A stretch of DNA of 64,000 nucleotides from an uncultured Nitrososphaerales archaeon (GCA_963713605.1 CAVQMO010000001.1:352001-416000); one strand, 5' to 3'. Shown: positions 23,974-34,890, counted from the first letter of the stretch. Translations and numbers: made by a program. Notes: generated by a model not told the origin, from the letters alone.

Positions 23974-25518
23974 CTAATGAGTTGATATAGCGTCGCCAGA
24001 TAAGATAACTTTTCTCAGTATCATCTTATTGGTGGCATCCATCATAGCGTAGACTGAAGCTATCACTATGTCTTCTCCTGTTTTCCGGGATGAAACAGTA
24101 TGGCCTTCACTATCCTCAATTTTGACAACTACTTCTGCAGTTGCGTCAGATCCCCCCGTTATTGACTCGAGTCGATATTCTCTAATTTTCACATCTTCTA
24201 TTTGGCTCACTATCTTTTGGATAGCCTTTAACGCCGCATCCACAGGTCCTACCCCAATTTCAGAGGAAATCACGTCTCTCTCACCAGTGTTGATCTTGAC
24301 AACCGCTGTCGGGATGATATTTATCCCAGTTACAGTATGAAAATCACGAAGCTGGAATTTTTCTTGGAATGTGCTATTTTTCATTACCTTACCTGCGATA
24401 GAAAGTAATTCGCTAGTTGTAATTGATTTACCTAGGTCAGCAATACTCTTCTGCTTCTCCAAAATTTGTTTAAGCTGTTCATCATCAGGCTTTACTCCAA
24501 ACTCTTCTAGCATTGCTCTTATACCATGGGCACCAGCGTGTTTGCCTGCTTGGAGCCATCTCTTCCTTCCTACGAGCTCGGGGCTGATAGGCTCATAAGT
24601 CAATGGATTGTTTATTATACCGTGTGTATGAATACCCGATTCATGACCAAATGCATTTTCTCCGATAATGGCTTTATTTGGCTGAACAATTATACCCATT
24701 GCATTTGAAACGAATTTTGAAGTCTCATACAGTAACTCTGTCTTTATTCCATGTGATCTCCTATATAGGCACTGCAAAGCCATGACGACCTCTTCTAGCG
24801 AAGCGTTTCCAGCTCTCTCGCCTATTCCGTTTACGGTTACTTGAGCGCAAGTCGCTCCTGCATTTATTCCAGCTAAGGTGTTGGCAACCGCAAGCCCCAA
24901 ATCATCATGACAATGCATGCTTATTGGCAGCTGCGAGATAGCAATTACGTCTGCCACGAGCCTTGATATGTAATCAGGGGTTGAATAGCCGACTGTATCA
25001 GGAATATCCAATCGGTCAGCTCCAGACTCAGATACTGCTCCAAAAACTTCCTTCATGAAACCGATCTCCGATCTAGTAGCATCCTCAGCTGAAAACTCTA
25101 CTTGAACCCCGTGTTTCTTCGCATAATCCACAGCCCATACAGCCTTTTCGAGTACCTGGTCTCTGTTCATCTTCAGCTTGAATTTCATATGGATATCTGA
25201 GGTGGCAATGAATAGGTGAATATATCCTAGATCGCAGCCAAGTGCAGCGTCTATGTCCTCCTGTACGGCTCTAGCTAAACCACATACTTCCGCGTGCAAT
25301 CCCTGTCTAATAATGCTTTTAATCGCATGCCTTTCCCCTTGCGATACAATGGGGAATCCAGCCTCGATGGCGTCTACCCCTAACTCATCCAATTTAATAG
25401 CAATTTGCAATTTTTGTTCGGGGCTCACGGAAACGCCTGGTGTTTGTTCACCATCTCTAAGGGTGGTATCGAAAATCCTTACCTTTTCAACAATAGGCGA
25501 TAGTCTAGGAAAGAGCAA
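23974..25518 (-). CDS. leuA: 2-isopropylmalate synthase (LeuA/CimA family)
   Basis: DTTLRDGEQ, HCHDDLG, GIGERAGN and HESGIH motifs, plus a C-terminal regulatory domain (GVGPVDA). Citramalate synthase is not excluded. Confidence 0.9.
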   Translation of the reverse strand: MLFPRLSPIVEKVRIFDTTLRDGEQTPGVSVSPEQKLQIAIKLDELGVDAIEAGFPIVSQGERHAIKSIIRQGLHAEVCGLARAVQEDIDAALGCDLGYIHLFIATSDIHMKFKLKMNRDQVLEKAVWAVDYAKKHGVQVEFSAEDATRSEIGFMKEVFGAVSESGADRLDIPDTVGYSTPDYISRLVADVIAISQLPISMHCHDDLGLAVANTLAGINAGATCAQVTVNGIGERAGNASLEEVVMALQCLYRRSHGIKTELLYETSKFVSNAMGIIVQPNKAIIGENAFGHESGIHTHGIINNPLTYEPISPELVGRKRWLQAGKHAGAHGIRAMLEEFGVKPDDEQLKQILEKQKSIADLGKSITTSELLSIAGKVMKNSTFQEKFQLRDFHTVTGINIIPTAVVKINTGERDVISSEIGVGPVDAALKAIQKIVSQIEDVKIREYRLESITGGSDATAEVVVKIEDSEGHTVSSRKTGEDIVIASVYAMMDATNKMILRKVILSGDAISTH

Positions 25519-25775
25519 TTTAAACTTACTTCCTGTCTTACTATGCTTTCTTTAGTCCCCTGATCGTCTTTGTGTGGAATGCGATCTCGAAGATTTCAAA
25601 TTGCAACCCAATCTTGGCCGGAGATAAATGTCAGTAACGCGTGATAGGCAGCAAGATCAATTCGCCATCATCCCAAGCCTTGTGAATAAGTCCTTCAACA
25701 GTCTAAAAGTAAAAGCTTTTCTTTCAAAAGCACGGATCGGACGCTAACTTGTAAATATTATTAGTTCAGATATAT

Positions 25776-26120
25776 ATGTGGAATACTTTGTCTAGTAATA
25801 AGCTGAAGGGCGTCTGGGCCAAGCAGATAGCCCTAATTGCAGGTAGCTTCCTCTTAGGTTTAGTATTGACCTACTTTTTCGGTTTTATTGCCGGTCTTTC
25901 ACTTAACATTATCGTACTTGTCGGTTTGGTATTTTATATAAGAAGAAGCCAACAGAAGGCCTTACGAAATCTTGGATTTAGCGATGAGAAGGCAGGGGGA
26001 AGCTTTGCACCAACAGAATCCAAAATATCGCTAAAATATGTCTGCATGTCCTGTGGATCACGTGTAAAGGGAGCAAAATGCACCACTTGTGGTTCTCAAG
26101 CAAAAAGGGCTACCTTCTAA
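25776..26120 (+). CDS. Membrane protein with C-terminal zinc ribbon
   Basis: Two TM helices, then CMSCG...CTTCG. Confidence 0.8.
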   Translation: MWNTLSSNKLKGVWAKQIALIAGSFLLGLVLTYFFGFIAGLSLNIIVLVGLVFYIRRSQQKALRNLGFSDEKAGGSFAPTESKISLKYVCMSCGSRVKGAKCTTCGSQAKRATF

Positions 26121-26188
26121 ACGATCAGATACAATCATTTCCTTCATTGAATTTGCCGAAAGATCTATCTAAGAAGGGTATCGCCTTT

Positions 26189-27118
26189 TCATTTAGATAC
26201 GTCTAGATAGAACTGTTCCTTGTCTATTTTCTCTGGTTTAACTCCCTCTATTTCCATCAACTCTTGCATTATCCCTCTTCCTCTAGCTACTGCCCCAGTC
26301 TTTTGCTTGACGATCCCATTGATGAATCCGCTGCTTCCACATATGGGATTAAATGCCGATTCAACATTTCCATGAAACTTCTGGAGAGTCCGTTCGGTTT
26401 TCCCTTCCTCATCTTTAAAGAATCTGCCCTTTCTGTAATATATCCTCGGATGTTCGGAGTACAAATTTGCCTCGTCATCTCTCGTAAAAGTGAAAACCAC
26501 CTTGAAATTATCAATCTTTCTGGCCATATCTAATAGCCAGTTGTAATAAATTACACCCACACTTTTCTTGTCTTCAAGCGAGTAAAGTCTGGGGTTACTG
26601 TAAAATAATATGAGTCGAAGATCCAAATCTCTCCGATCTTCTATAAATTGTAAGAGGCATCGGGCGCATTCAGCACCATTTGATCCAGACCAGTAAGCAA
26701 TATCTTTCTCTGCCCCAGACGCCACCTTCGAGAGAAAAGGGTCTCGCGGTTTGGCGTATTTGATAGAAACTTTGTCGCCTACCTTGAATTGTTCAAAGAA
26801 GTATGCTGCAAATCCATCTGCCTTGCCGATGACTGGATTTATGTAACCATACGGCTTCTCATCCTTTATCGTTAATTCAATGTCATTCCTTGTGGGTGAG
26901 GAAGCGATTGAATATGCCCTTTCTACTTCAGCCTCCTCAACGCCCCCCGAAGACGTCGGTCTTTTCAATAATGCCCTGATTGTTACAAATTCTCCTACGC
27001 TAAACGTAATTCGATCCGACGCCGAAAACGGAGAAAATACATAAGTATAGGAATCAGGGGTTTCCTTAATTCTGTCCTTTAACTGCCATTCTAACATAGG
27101 GGATTGGGATTTCGACAT
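26189..27118 (-). CDS. FAD-binding ferredoxin-NAD(P) reductase-like oxidoreductase
   Basis: RAYSIASSP FAD motif, LFYSN, ICGSSGF and terminal KEQFY. Confidence 0.85.
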   Translation of the reverse strand: MSKSQSPMLEWQLKDRIKETPDSYTYVFSPFSASDRITFSVGEFVTIRALLKRPTSSGGVEEAEVERAYSIASSPTRNDIELTIKDEKPYGYINPVIGKADGFAAYFFEQFKVGDKVSIKYAKPRDPFLSKVASGAEKDIAYWSGSNGAECARCLLQFIEDRRDLDLRLILFYSNPRLYSLEDKKSVGVIYYNWLLDMARKIDNFKVVFTFTRDDEANLYSEHPRIYYRKGRFFKDEEGKTERTLQKFHGNVESAFNPICGSSGFINGIVKQKTGAVARGRGIMQELMEIEGVKPEKIDKEQFYLDVSK

Positions 27119-27454
27119 AGATTTTCTTCTTGGAGGGGAATGTACTTAACATTTTCCAATTCGTTATAGCAATTTGGCAATAATCTGTAACAAATAGTAA
27201 TTGGCCAATCAGTCCGGAAAGACCTCTATCTCATGTCAGCTGGAAAACAGAACTTTTGGTCTGGAAAAACGGCAGCTTGCACACAATTACATATCCCTGA
27301 TGTTACGACTGCTCTGCCTTTTTGATATCTTCGTCTTGTTCGAGCATTGATGATTGCCTTTGGACGTGCTTTTGTTAGTAAAGTGTTAATATATGGAAAT
27401 CGTCATTATGACGGATCTTATCGATTGAAATGGATGGATTTCGTTGGGTTAACC

Positions 27455-28030
27455 ATGCTCGAGTCCTTCAAAGGACTATTGGTCATGTTTTTTCTTGTTA
27501 TCATCTTAGTCTCAATCGCTTATCCTGCTGGGCCTGATCTTTACGCCTTTTTTCATACTCCACCTTTAGCAGATAATTTAATTACCTTTGAAGATCAGGG
27601 TCTCGGATTAATGATCAAATATCCCAGCAATTGGGAGAGATCGAAAATAGGTCAGGATCAGGTCACATTCATAGCTCCACGCGAAAGTGATTCACCTTCT
27701 TTCCCAGCTGGGCTGGGAATAAGGTCGCATAATATTTCATCTGTAGAGTCCACACTAGATACCATAGCAAAAGAAATAGTTACAGATCTTGAAGATGAAG
27801 CTCAGGATTTTACTCTCTTGAGCACGAGTCAGTCGAAACTGAATAGCTTTGATGCTTTTGAGATTTCTTTTAGCGCAACAGATGACAACGACGCAAAACG
27901 GACCGCAATGCAAATAGTTGTAAAGCCTGAAAATCTGGTCTACGTAATCACCTACAAGGCCTATCCAGAAAAATATGAATCATATCTGCCGATTATACAG
28001 TCTATGTTAGATTCGCTAAAATTTATGTGA
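27455..28030 (+). CDS. PsbP-like secreted protein
   Basis: IKYPSNW, VYVITY and YLPIIQSMLDSL motifs; N-terminal TM helix. Confidence 0.82.
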   Translation: MLESFKGLLVMFFLVIILVSIAYPAGPDLYAFFHTPPLADNLITFEDQGLGLMIKYPSNWERSKIGQDQVTFIAPRESDSPSFPAGLGIRSHNISSVESTLDTIAKEIVTDLEDEAQDFTLLSTSQSKLNSFDAFEISFSATDDNDAKRTAMQIVVKPENLVYVITYKAYPEKYESYLPIIQSMLDSLKFM

Positions 28031-28589
28031 TAATTACGATAAGGATGGCTTCATCCATTTAAAAATATCAGATCATTTTTTAATCATCGTCATGATGATC
28101 CCCACTTGTTGGTTACAACTCGTGGGACTGGCATGCTTAGTCAGTAAGGACTAGGTCTTGCTATCGCGTTTCCAGCAAACCCGTTACACCAATAATTGTG
28201 TTCCGTGGATGCTTGCAACGACAAAGATTAGTTCCATGTTCAGAAAATTTGTGTTTACACCGATAATAGGTACATATTGGTTCAGATTCCTTTCCCCATA
28301 CGTCAGTAACCTTCAATCTCTAACCATGATATATATGCCGATATAATATATTGTTAATGGACCCAGAAGCTAATGATCACCTTTACAGAAGCGCTGGAGA
28401 TTTAAATTAGATTTTCCGTTGATACGAATTACAGAAAGTTCATGATCAATTTCATTCAAATAATTCAATAATACATGCAAAAACATCATAAACGTTAGGG
28501 CATATTTTAATGTTTGTAGGATTCTACTGCTAATCAATCACCATATAGTTAATATTTAACATGGAACAGTAATACCTTTACCTTAGCAA

Positions 28590-29075
28590 ATGCATGAACA
28601 AGATTTCCTTCATGAAGTCTGCATAAGTGCTTTATCTGTTAGCAAGAAAGTGAGTTTTGCGGGGATAGTGGACAGCAATGGTAAACTTCTGCTTGGGCAT
28701 GAAAAGAAAAATGCTGACACCAACAGACGGAGATTACTTTGTTACATTGGTAATTATGAGAATAAGGTTGTCGGTAGCATATATTTCAAGCATCTTGCAC
28801 CAATGCTAAATGAGATAGTGAAAAGACATTTCTTCGATATGAAATCAAATGCTTCGACTTGTGAAGGTAATATAGCGGATATGGATCATGCCATTCGGAT
28901 TTACGGGATCCACGAATTCTATGTTTTGGATGTTGCTAGCAATATCAAATTCGGCTTCATTCCTATAACTGAAACAGCCGACAAATTTCTGTGTGTCTAC
29001 TTAGAATCAGATATGGTCGAAATGTCTAATACCTCGTATCATAGAATAGTAGCCTCTATTAATAGATGCTTATGA
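28590..29075 (+). CDS. Roadblock/profilin-like hypothetical protein (DUF6659-like)
   Basis: VSFAGIVDSNGKLL N-terminal pattern and KFLCVYLES. Confidence 0.55.
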   Translation: MHEQDFLHEVCISALSVSKKVSFAGIVDSNGKLLLGHEKKNADTNRRRLLCYIGNYENKVVGSIYFKHLAPMLNEIVKRHFFDMKSNASTCEGNIADMDHAIRIYGIHEFYVLDVASNIKFGFIPITETADKFLCVYLESDMVEMSNTSYHRIVASINRCL

Positions 29076-29253
29076 GGCCCTTACAGGCGCTGAGGAATAT
29101 TCAAGTATTTCAAACAGGTTTGGTAAATCCGCATAATCTTAGAGTTGAATTTATCTGAATTAGAGATTAGAAACTTGTCATTCAACGACTCAATCGAATA
29201 ACTGAACGACTTGTTTGGCAAACGTATACTGTCTAAAGGTTTATATCTAATGA

Positions 29254-29277
29254 TTAGGGCACTAAGGATTAGTGCCC
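29254..29277 (+). promoter_or_regulatory. Probable MarR autoregulatory operator between the TATA box (TTTATA at 29240) and the start codon
   Basis: Perfect inverted repeat GGGCACTAA-GGA-TTAGTGCCC (29257-29277), overlapping the palindrome TTAG-GGCA-CTAA. Confidence 0.7.
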
Positions 29278-29278
29278 C

Positions 29279-29806
29279 ATGTCAACTTTTGATTATGAAA
29301 ATAATCCTGGATTCCTCATAAACCGGACCGCTAGATCTCTTTCGCGTTCTCTAGATATTAGACTAAGGAACCGAGTCGGCATAACTTTTGCCCAATGGAG
29401 AGTACTTGTTCTGCTAACGAAAACCCACGATGGCCTCTCCCAAAAGGAAATCGCAGAAGGTCTTGGGTTAGAAGCACCTACCTTAATTCCTATTCTCGAC
29501 AAGTTGCAGAACGATGGTTTTATTGAAAGGAGAGTAGACCGCAACGACCGAAGGAACAACAGAATATATCGTGCTGAGAAGACCTTCGAAATCTGGGAGG
29601 CTACCCTTGAGTGTGCAACTAGAGTGCTCACCGTAGCGTTGGCAGGTCTTTCAGAAGACAAGGTGGAGATTATGAAAGAGGTATTGGAAAAGGTATGGAT
29701 TAATCTACAAGCAAATATTGAACTATCAAATAAGACCCCTGCAGCCATAACAGACAAAGTTGGTCAAAAACAGGGGTTACGAGAAACAACTCCTTCGCAA
29801 CAATAG
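29279..29806 (+). CDS. MarR-family transcriptional regulator
   Basis: ITFAQWRVL, LSQKEIAE, LDKLQNDGFIERR and DRR motifs. Confidence 0.93.
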   Translation: MSTFDYENNPGFLINRTARSLSRSLDIRLRNRVGITFAQWRVLVLLTKTHDGLSQKEIAEGLGLEAPTLIPILDKLQNDGFIERRVDRNDRRNNRIYRAEKTFEIWEATLECATRVLTVALAGLSEDKVEIMKEVLEKVWINLQANIELSNKTPAAITDKVGQKQGLRETTPSQQ

Positions 29807-29837
29807 GCCTGAAGTAGACAGAGGATATTATTACAAA

Positions 29838-31481
29838 ATGCAGAATCCGCTGAAGAATAAACAAAATCAAAAAGGTAGAGGTGGAGGATTTTCGGTCAGG
29901 GAGGATTCTAAGCTTTTGACCAATAGTGGCGGCAGCGGCGTTGCGATACCTCGTACGGCTTGGAAATTACTGATTATTCTAAGTTCCATCGCAACAATGG
30001 TCATGTATGCAGAGACGATGCTGATTCCTGCTATCCCAGATTTGATAAGTGACTTTAATGTCTCTTATGGGACGTCTTCCTGGATACTGACGACTTATCT
30101 GATTAGTGGTGCGGTTGCTACCCCGATAGTTGGCAAACTATCTGACGTCTATGGAAAAAAGAAGGTTCTCTTAGCAGTAATGCTAATCTATGCAATAGGG
30201 GTCTGTTTCGCAGGGTTTGCCTCAAACATATACACATTGCTAATCGTTAGGGCTATACAAGGAATCGGAATGGGGATGTTCCCCATTGCATTTGGCCTAA
30301 TAAGAGATCAATTCCCAAGGGAAAAAATTTCGATAGGTCAGGGAATCATAAGTTCAATGTTCGCAGCAGGGGCAGCAGTAGGGCTATCAGCAGGCGCGCT
30401 TATCGTAGAGAATTTTGGATGGCAAGCGACTTTTTTCACAATAATTCCAATCGCTATTTTACTTTTGATTACTATCTGGCGATTTGTGCACGTCGATGAG
30501 ACTCGAGAAACTGATTTTTCGCCGATAAAGCAATCAGTTTGGAAAGAAAAAGAATCAGCTCCGGCTCCTGTTTCCAATTCCAATAAGAGGAAGAGAGTAA
30601 AATTACAACTCGATATTAAAGGAGCAGCAGCTCTGGCAGTATCTATAACTTCATTTTTGCTCTGCCTAACTCTGATCGAGACCTCTAGTGGTCTAAACAC
30701 TGAAAGCAATTCAGTTGTTGGCATAGTGTCAGCCTATGGCATGATCTTAGGTTCTGCGCTGGTAGCCGCCATTTCCTTTGCCTTATTCTTGTTGATTGAA
30801 AGGGGAGAAAGTTATCCCCTTATTGATTTGCGACTTTTAGGAAACAAAGCGATATTGCCATCAATTCTAATAATCCTCATCGTGGGACTATCAAATTTTA
30901 TGGTGTTCCAGACTATACCAATCCTGGTGAGAAATCCAGAGCCTTTAGGGTTCGGAGCTGACGTCGTCGATGCAGGAACAATTCAGCTACCGTTTGCGTT
31001 AGTATTTTTGGTATTTGGGCCGACTTCTGGTTTCATAATCTCCAGGCTAGGTTCTTTAAGACCAGTAATAGTTGGAACTTCAATCATTACGGCCAGTTTT
31101 TTGGGACTTGTATTTTTTCATGACAGCCCAATCGCCATTTCAATTAACCTGGGTGTTCTTGCCACTGGGTTATCTTTTGCGGCTATTGGCGCAATGAATG
31201 TAATAATACTTGCCACTCCGAAAGAATATACTGGGATTTCCCTTGGGATTGCTACCCTGGTGAGGATAATAGGGAGCGCAATTGGACCTGCTCTCGCGGC
31301 TATGTACATGCAAACAAGTCAAACTGTTCTTATGGTGGGTGATGTGTCAAGATCTTATCCATCTGATTTTGCGTTCGTGATGATATTTTCTTCAGCGACA
31401 GTGATTGCAGCGGGTTCGATCTTTTTATCTGTCTTGCTACGAAGGAGAGCAATCAAGATGGCCATTCCTCAGCTATCATAG
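29838..31481 (+). CDS. MFS transporter (DHA2/14-TM drug-efflux type)
   Basis: MFS motif A GKLSDVYGKKK and RAIQGIG; about 14 TM segments; follows marR. Confidence 0.92.
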   Translation: MQNPLKNKQNQKGRGGGFSVREDSKLLTNSGGSGVAIPRTAWKLLIILSSIATMVMYAETMLIPAIPDLISDFNVSYGTSSWILTTYLISGAVATPIVGKLSDVYGKKKVLLAVMLIYAIGVCFAGFASNIYTLLIVRAIQGIGMGMFPIAFGLIRDQFPREKISIGQGIISSMFAAGAAVGLSAGALIVENFGWQATFFTIIPIAILLLITIWRFVHVDETRETDFSPIKQSVWKEKESAPAPVSNSNKRKRVKLQLDIKGAAALAVSITSFLLCLTLIETSSGLNTESNSVVGIVSAYGMILGSALVAAISFALFLLIERGESYPLIDLRLLGNKAILPSILIILIVGLSNFMVFQTIPILVRNPEPLGFGADVVDAGTIQLPFALVFLVFGPTSGFIISRLGSLRPVIVGTSIITASFLGLVFFHDSPIAISINLGVLATGLSFAAIGAMNVIILATPKEYTGISLGIATLVRIIGSAIGPALAAMYMQTSQTVLMVGDVSRSYPSDFAFVMIFSSATVIAAGSIFLSVLLRRRAIKMAIPQLS

Positions 31482-31542
31482 GATTCACATTGATCGCGGG
31501 ACTAGATCAATGTCAACAATTAATAATTCATCATCCGTTCCC

Positions 31543-31842
31543 TCAATGCAATACCGTCACCCTGGTAGCTCCAATATCGCTAACCACATAGTGGTCATGT
31601 CCCATCTCAATTATATCTCCTGGCGCTATTACCTCGTGAGTTCTCTTGCTTCTCAAGGACTTTCCAAATGGTTTTTTCTGTTGCTTAAACATCAGCCAAA
31701 TCCTACCGACATTTAATACATTCTTGAATTCAGATTCCCAAACAAGATCATATAGCGTATATAATGCTTGCAAACTAATACTGTTGTTCCTGATGAGTAG
31801 ATCAGCTTCAGGCTCCCTACAAAAATATACTCTTACTATCAC
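31543..31842 (-). CDS. Hypothetical protein, possibly YodL-like
   Basis: Intact 99-aa ORF ending ...IAPGDIIEMGHDHYVVSDIGA. Confidence 0.55.
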   Translation of the reverse strand: MIVRVYFCREPEADLLIRNNSISLQALYTLYDLVWESEFKNVLNVGRIWLMFKQQKKPFGKSLRSKRTHEVIAPGDIIEMGHDHYVVSDIGATRVTVLH

Positions 31843-32199
31843 TTTTAAACTACGAGATCTCTTTGTGAATATTTACTAATTAGCATTTTTGAGTTGAAAT
31901 GATTGAATCCAATTATGGAGAGCTGGCACTAACGTTATCTGACCAAGTTTGCTATACGAAATTTTGAAGAGTTCTATACGGAGATCAATAAGATATACAA
32001 AGGTATCATGACACGTGGGTTCATGACACTGTTTGTGGCAACCTCGAAAAGGGTACGTAGTTATCGAGACGGGTGCGAAGGTTCAATAATATAATGAGCC
32101 CAGTGCGATTTTCATTAGTAAATTAGTGTCCACACAATAAATAAGAGAAAAAGGAGGCCTTTTTATGTTCCGTTAGAGGATCTGCTCCGGTTAAATCTC

Positions 32200-32853
32200 C
32201 TACTTTATTATTTGGACCGACTTTGTAATTGTTCCGTATATTGGGGTGTCTCCGAAGTGATTACTAACTGCGGTTGGGTCTAAGTATATGCTTACAACAT
32301 TGTTACCCATGTCGGTAACAGTTGTCGGGACATTGGAAACTGGTCCGTCTTTCATGGTAATTGTTGAAGTTCCATTAAATATGGCGGTGCTATTATCTGG
32401 CATAGACATTCCACTTAAAGTGAAGTTGTCTAATTGGTGCTGATGCAATGCTGAGCCATTCGTTCTTACCATGTCAAATGATGCAACGAAAGAGCCATTC
32501 TTTGACATATCTTTCCCCATAGCTGAAGTTGAGTTTGATGTTGAAGTGCTCTGATTTCCATATTCTCCTTCTTCGTCATCAGTTAAGCTCGCCTTCCAAT
32601 AACCAGACAATATCCAAGCAGGATTTCCGCTTTCATCGTTTTGAATGCTAGCTATCGAACCAGCAGCGTAGTGACCCGTTTTCATCATACCGTAGCTGTG
32701 ATCGCCTCGCTGATCCATTGGATATGCGGCAGCTTGATTGCCCTCGAATTGTGAGGTCGTTAGAATAAATCCAATTCCTGTGGTGAGGAGCGCGGCTCCA
32801 ACCACTATTACTATTTGGTTATCTTTCAATGTGAAGACAACTGACCCCTTCAA
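32200..32853 (-). CDS. Secreted hypothetical protein (Nitrososphaera-type family)
   Basis: Signal peptide; GSIASIQ...WILSGYW...FDMVRTNGSALHQH...HFGDTPIYG. Confidence 0.8.
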   Translation of the reverse strand: MKGSVVFTLKDNQIVIVVGAALLTTGIGFILTTSQFEGNQAAAYPMDQRGDHSYGMMKTGHYAAGSIASIQNDESGNPAWILSGYWKASLTDDEEGEYGNQSTSTSNSTSAMGKDMSKNGSFVASFDMVRTNGSALHQHQLDNFTLSGMSMPDNSTAIFNGTSTITMKDGPVSNVPTTVTDMGNNVVSIYLDPTAVSNHFGDTPIYGTITKSVQIIK

Positions 32854-33141
32854 TCTTATTAAGCATGCGATTTACTCTATCGTACTCAATTGTACAATGG
32901 TCAGCGAATGGTCATCAACCGAGATCGGGCCTCAAAGTATCAACTCAATGGTTACAAATAGATTTCCACACAACTCTAACTATTAGTTTGCGAAGCGATC
33001 CACTCTTCCAACTGCTGTGCTTTATGTTCCAGGTATTAAGCGATGATTCTAGACGGTCTCTTCGATGATACACATATCTAATGTCTCCGATAAAGATATC
33101 ATGATTTATATATCACCTGCCAATGGTAACTTTAGCATTAA

Positions 33142-33486
33142 ATGCAACCAGGGTTAACTAATCGGATAGATCTCTCATCTAATTCTTCTCCAAATCCTAC
33201 GGTAGGATTGGATACCCAAAGGATTATTGGGGGCGGGTTCGCCGGTGACTCTATCTCTGAAGTGCAAGCCAACAAGAGTAAAGAACGTATTTTTGTCATC
33301 TGTGATGCATGCTTTTGGGCCACAACTTATCTGGACAAGAGCAGGCTCCCAGTCCTTGACAGCAGATGTTCGAGATGTCAGGAGGTAGGGTTGTCGAGTT
33401 TTCCTGTCCTAGCCAATGAATCGTTCACCTTTGCTTATTCAGAAAAACGAGGAGTAGAATTGAGGTTCATGAATCGCCGTGGATAA
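33142..33486 (+). CDS. Zinc-ribbon hypothetical protein
   Basis: CDACFW...CSRC...YSEKRGVELRF. Confidence 0.75.
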   Translation: MQPGLTNRIDLSSNSSPNPTVGLDTQRIIGGGFAGDSISEVQANKSKERIFVICDACFWATTYLDKSRLPVLDSRCSRCQEVGLSSFPVLANESFTFAYSEKRGVELRFMNRRG

Positions 33487-33825
33487 AATACTAAGTTGAC
33501 AAACAGAACCAAGTAGCATAGGAATTAGATATGTAGACTAATAAGGTAATTTGTTATTGTTAGATTAGATAACGAAGATTGATTTAATTTGATTAGATTT
33601 GATTTGATACCAAGCTAAATGCTTGGCTGTTCAACTTGAAGAAACTGATTATAGGAGTCAAAAAATATGGAAACCACCTCCTATGAAAAATGTAACTAAG
33701 AATAGTCGAGTTATTACCTAGACTTACAATAAGATTAACAGTATATCTGAAATATTGCAAGTAAAGTTGTAATTTTATATGCAACAAATTAATAATCCAG
33801 AACGAACATATATAGATCCTAACAA

Positions 33826-34185
33826 ATGTCTCAGATCCTACAAGATAAATCGCTAGGTTTGGTTTTGAAGGGGTATAATCTAGTCCCAAACGGCTCTCTT
33901 GCGACAAAAATTGGGATTTACACCCCATTGATTATGGAAACAATACTTCAGGAACATCCTGAGGAAGTTGACAGGTGGCTGCAAAAGCTACATAGTGAAA
34001 GCATACGTCAAAAAAAGCTATGCCTGTTTGAGAATGATACTGCCGCCTGCTTTAATATTGAGATTTATGAACAATTCGAAAAGAGCTTTAAGAGTTGGGA
34101 AGAAGGAGGTTTAATAAGAATAATGTTGACTAAAGACAGGCCTGTATGGGTCAGCAAGAAACCTCTCTTCATTCATGCAAAGTAA
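33826..34185 (+). CDS. Hypothetical protein
   Basis: Intact 119-aa ATG ORF followed by a T-tract. Confidence 0.6.
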   Translation: MSQILQDKSLGLVLKGYNLVPNGSLATKIGIYTPLIMETILQEHPEEVDRWLQKLHSESIRQKKLCLFENDTAACFNIEIYEQFEKSFKSWEEGGLIRIMLTKDRPVWVSKKPLFIHAK

Positions 34186-34521
34186 ACTGCCAGGCGGACC
34201 AGGAGTTTACGACTTTTTTTCAGTGTATTTACCGCTAGCCACATGATTCTAACTTAAACTAGTGAAAGTGGCCCGGCTTTCGATGATAGAATTCGGACTC
34301 AGCTGGTAGGTCTACAGCTCCAGTTCGGTCACTATTGATAAGTACTTGATGACGAGAATAACTTCGATGATTCGAGTCCTAAGAGACAACTTTGCTCCTC
34401 TCCACCGTCCGTCGAAGAAATTTCAGTTAGTACAGAGTTTTATGCTGCTGCAAATTTATATTCTTCAGTATGCTAGTTCTTGAAAGTGTCATCGTATTTT
34501 GGAACTTTTATTTTGGATTTC

Positions 34522-34821
34522 ATGTCTACTGATTTCAAAACAGATACAGATATTGCAACTGCATTACTCTCACAATTGAAAGAAGAAAATGGTTTCGACC
34601 CGAGTCTAGATGTCTTTGCTATATTGGATCCAGTTCAGAGTGCGGGTTGGATATTTTCAAAGTTGCTTGTCGCAGGCCAATTTGTAGAGAAATTGTATGA
34701 AGGTAACGTTAAAGAGATTGACAATTCTAAAGGTAAGAAGTTTTCAGACAAATTCGTTTTTTGGCTTTCAATTAAACTAAAAGAACGTGGTTGCCGAGCA
34801 CAGATAAAATTATCTTTATAG
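34522..34821 (+). CDS. Hypothetical protein
   Basis: Intact ORF with protein-like composition. Confidence 0.7.
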   Translation: MSTDFKTDTDIATALLSQLKEENGFDPSLDVFAILDPVQSAGWIFSKLLVAGQFVEKLYEGNVKEIDNSKGKKFSDKFVFWLSIKLKERGCRAQIKLSL

Positions 34822-34890
34822 CATGAGACCATCTCGATGTCCACGTTGTTCTAGGGGAGTACGTAGAATGCTTCAGCAACTCGCTTGTTC

